Positions 62,691-64,000 of a stretch of DNA of 64,000 bases are shown here, piece by piece. The stretch comes from Convolutriloba macropyga. Lineage: Eukaryota. The DNA is taken from NCBI RefSeq assembly GCF_964194025.1, contig NC_134471.1, positions 77,314,001 through 77,378,000 of the forward strand, written 5' to 3'. The position numbers were made by a program, and so were the translations under genes. Under the pieces are notes generated by a model. The model ran no database searches and was not told the DNA's origin. It saw only the letters and a list, made by a program, of their open reading frames with translations. Positions within the stretch are counted from its first letter, which is position 1; every line of letters starts with the position of its first letter.

Positions 62691-64000
62691 ACACATGTTG
62701 GCACGTAGTAGGCATAATAATTCCTAAAACTCGCCCAACCAATCACAAACGCCAAGACCAAAACTTGCGAAACAAAAAAATTCAAAAACATATTTTGTCG
62801 TATGCTCAAGTTTAAAATCAATCTTCAGTCAGCTTTCAACAAATCAGAGGTCGTCAAAACAACTCCAGATGGAATAAAAATAAATGAATATTATAGACAT
62901 ACAGCTATTGTTATTGTTAGTGCTTTGAAACTATTAGGAGAACAAAAACAGAACAGGAAAACAGTTTATCAAAAGAAATAAAATAGAATTTCCTTCACAA
63001 AAAAAGAGAAGTTAGTTTTTTTTAGTATATGAGGGAAATAGACTGCTCATTCTATCATTTTGCCTAAGTTACGCAGTAAGGTTCAACCGGACATCAGTTT
63101 TTCCCCTCAAAATTTTGTCATTTTTATGATTTTCCCCTAGTCTGCACTTGTTCACCGGTTTGAACTTGTTGTCATCCACAATGCAAAACAATTTGTGCAT
63201 AATGGATTTGCTTTTTGTGGAAGTATTTTGCATAAAATTGTCGAAAAACAACAATTTTTACTCTCAATTTTTGTTCTCGATTTCTAATTCTCTCGTCATT
63301 TAGTCATTTAAGCGTGGTAGATAAATTGTTTTGCCGCACACTTTCAAACACTTTTTCAGTACTTGTTTGGAACATTTCACATAGTTTTGAGCAATTATTT
63401 TGTCCATTTCATGCGTATATTTCTTCCTTATTCTCTGCAAAGTTGCATTCTTTTCAACTCTGACGCTGCAAGTTTCATACCAGACATAATAATTCTCAAT
63501 TTGGAGCTCTGGCACTTAAGTTTTATTGGTTTTCTAATCTGCCCACACTCCCTAATCTGGGATAACATATGGACAAGAAGACTATCAAATCAAAACCAGA
63601 TATTGGATCAAAACCACCAAATTGGACTCCATTTTAGTTTAAATATAGATATATTACATAAAACTTATCAAGAGATTGAAATAAAGAAAAGGTAAGTCAG
63701 TTATATGTTTTTCAAAAACCCATGAATAGTCTTTTTGACTAAAAGAGGGCTTAAGAAATTTTAAACTTTAAAATCAAATTAATGGACCCCAAGAAATTGC
63801 CAAATTTTTAAAAGTTTTTCAATATTTCCACAAAGCTGTGAAATTTTAACAAGTTTTTATCCCCCGGACAAAATAGCTGGAAATATCGTAAGTTGTCCAC
63901 AAGTTTTTACAAGTTTTTGCCCTCTGGCAAAATGGGGAGACAAAATTTTTCGACCTAAAAAATGCACCTCACGGATCGTCACGGGGGGGGAGGGGGGGGG

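Noticed and set aside
63000-63632. Same-frame minus-strand ORFs (63300-63515, 63069-63254) suggesting one gene or an alternative genetic code
   Set aside because: All three stop types interrupt the frame at a density expected for AT-rich DNA; no recognisable domain.

Overview
AT-rich eukaryotic (invertebrate-type) genomic DNA with GT-AG introns, several N-gaps and a high repeat load; no prokaryotic operons, rRNA or CRISPR arrays. In order: (1) 1-2104, the right end of a Polinton/Maverick (adintovirus-like) element: an intron-containing, disrupted protein-primed DNA polymerase B, a convergent C2H2 zinc-finger gene and an ACTACT terminus abutting a complex (GT)n tract; (2) a two-exon SGNH/GDSL hydrolase gene only half-captured by the ORF track; (3) a ~30-bp minisatellite (5.5-10 kb) interrupted by a MITE, followed by a C-type lectin exon; (4) a decayed, internally triplicated and scrambled BEL/Pao LTR retrotransposon (12-22 kb); (5) a probable two-exon ~1102-aa gene (26822-27091 + 32901-35939) with an N-terminal hydrophobic segment, a long repetitive linker and a C-terminal CCCH-WWE-WWE module like ZAP/PARP12/TIPARP but no PARP catalytic domain; (6) three large tandem arrays (55-bp, ~710-bp, ~350-bp), two of which share a motif with the MITE. 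The most notable items are the spliced Polinton polymerase with a stop-separated acidic tail, the possibly membrane-anchored ZAP-like protein, and the transposon-to-satellite link. All family calls come from motif recognition by eye, without database searches; repeat boundaries are approximate.
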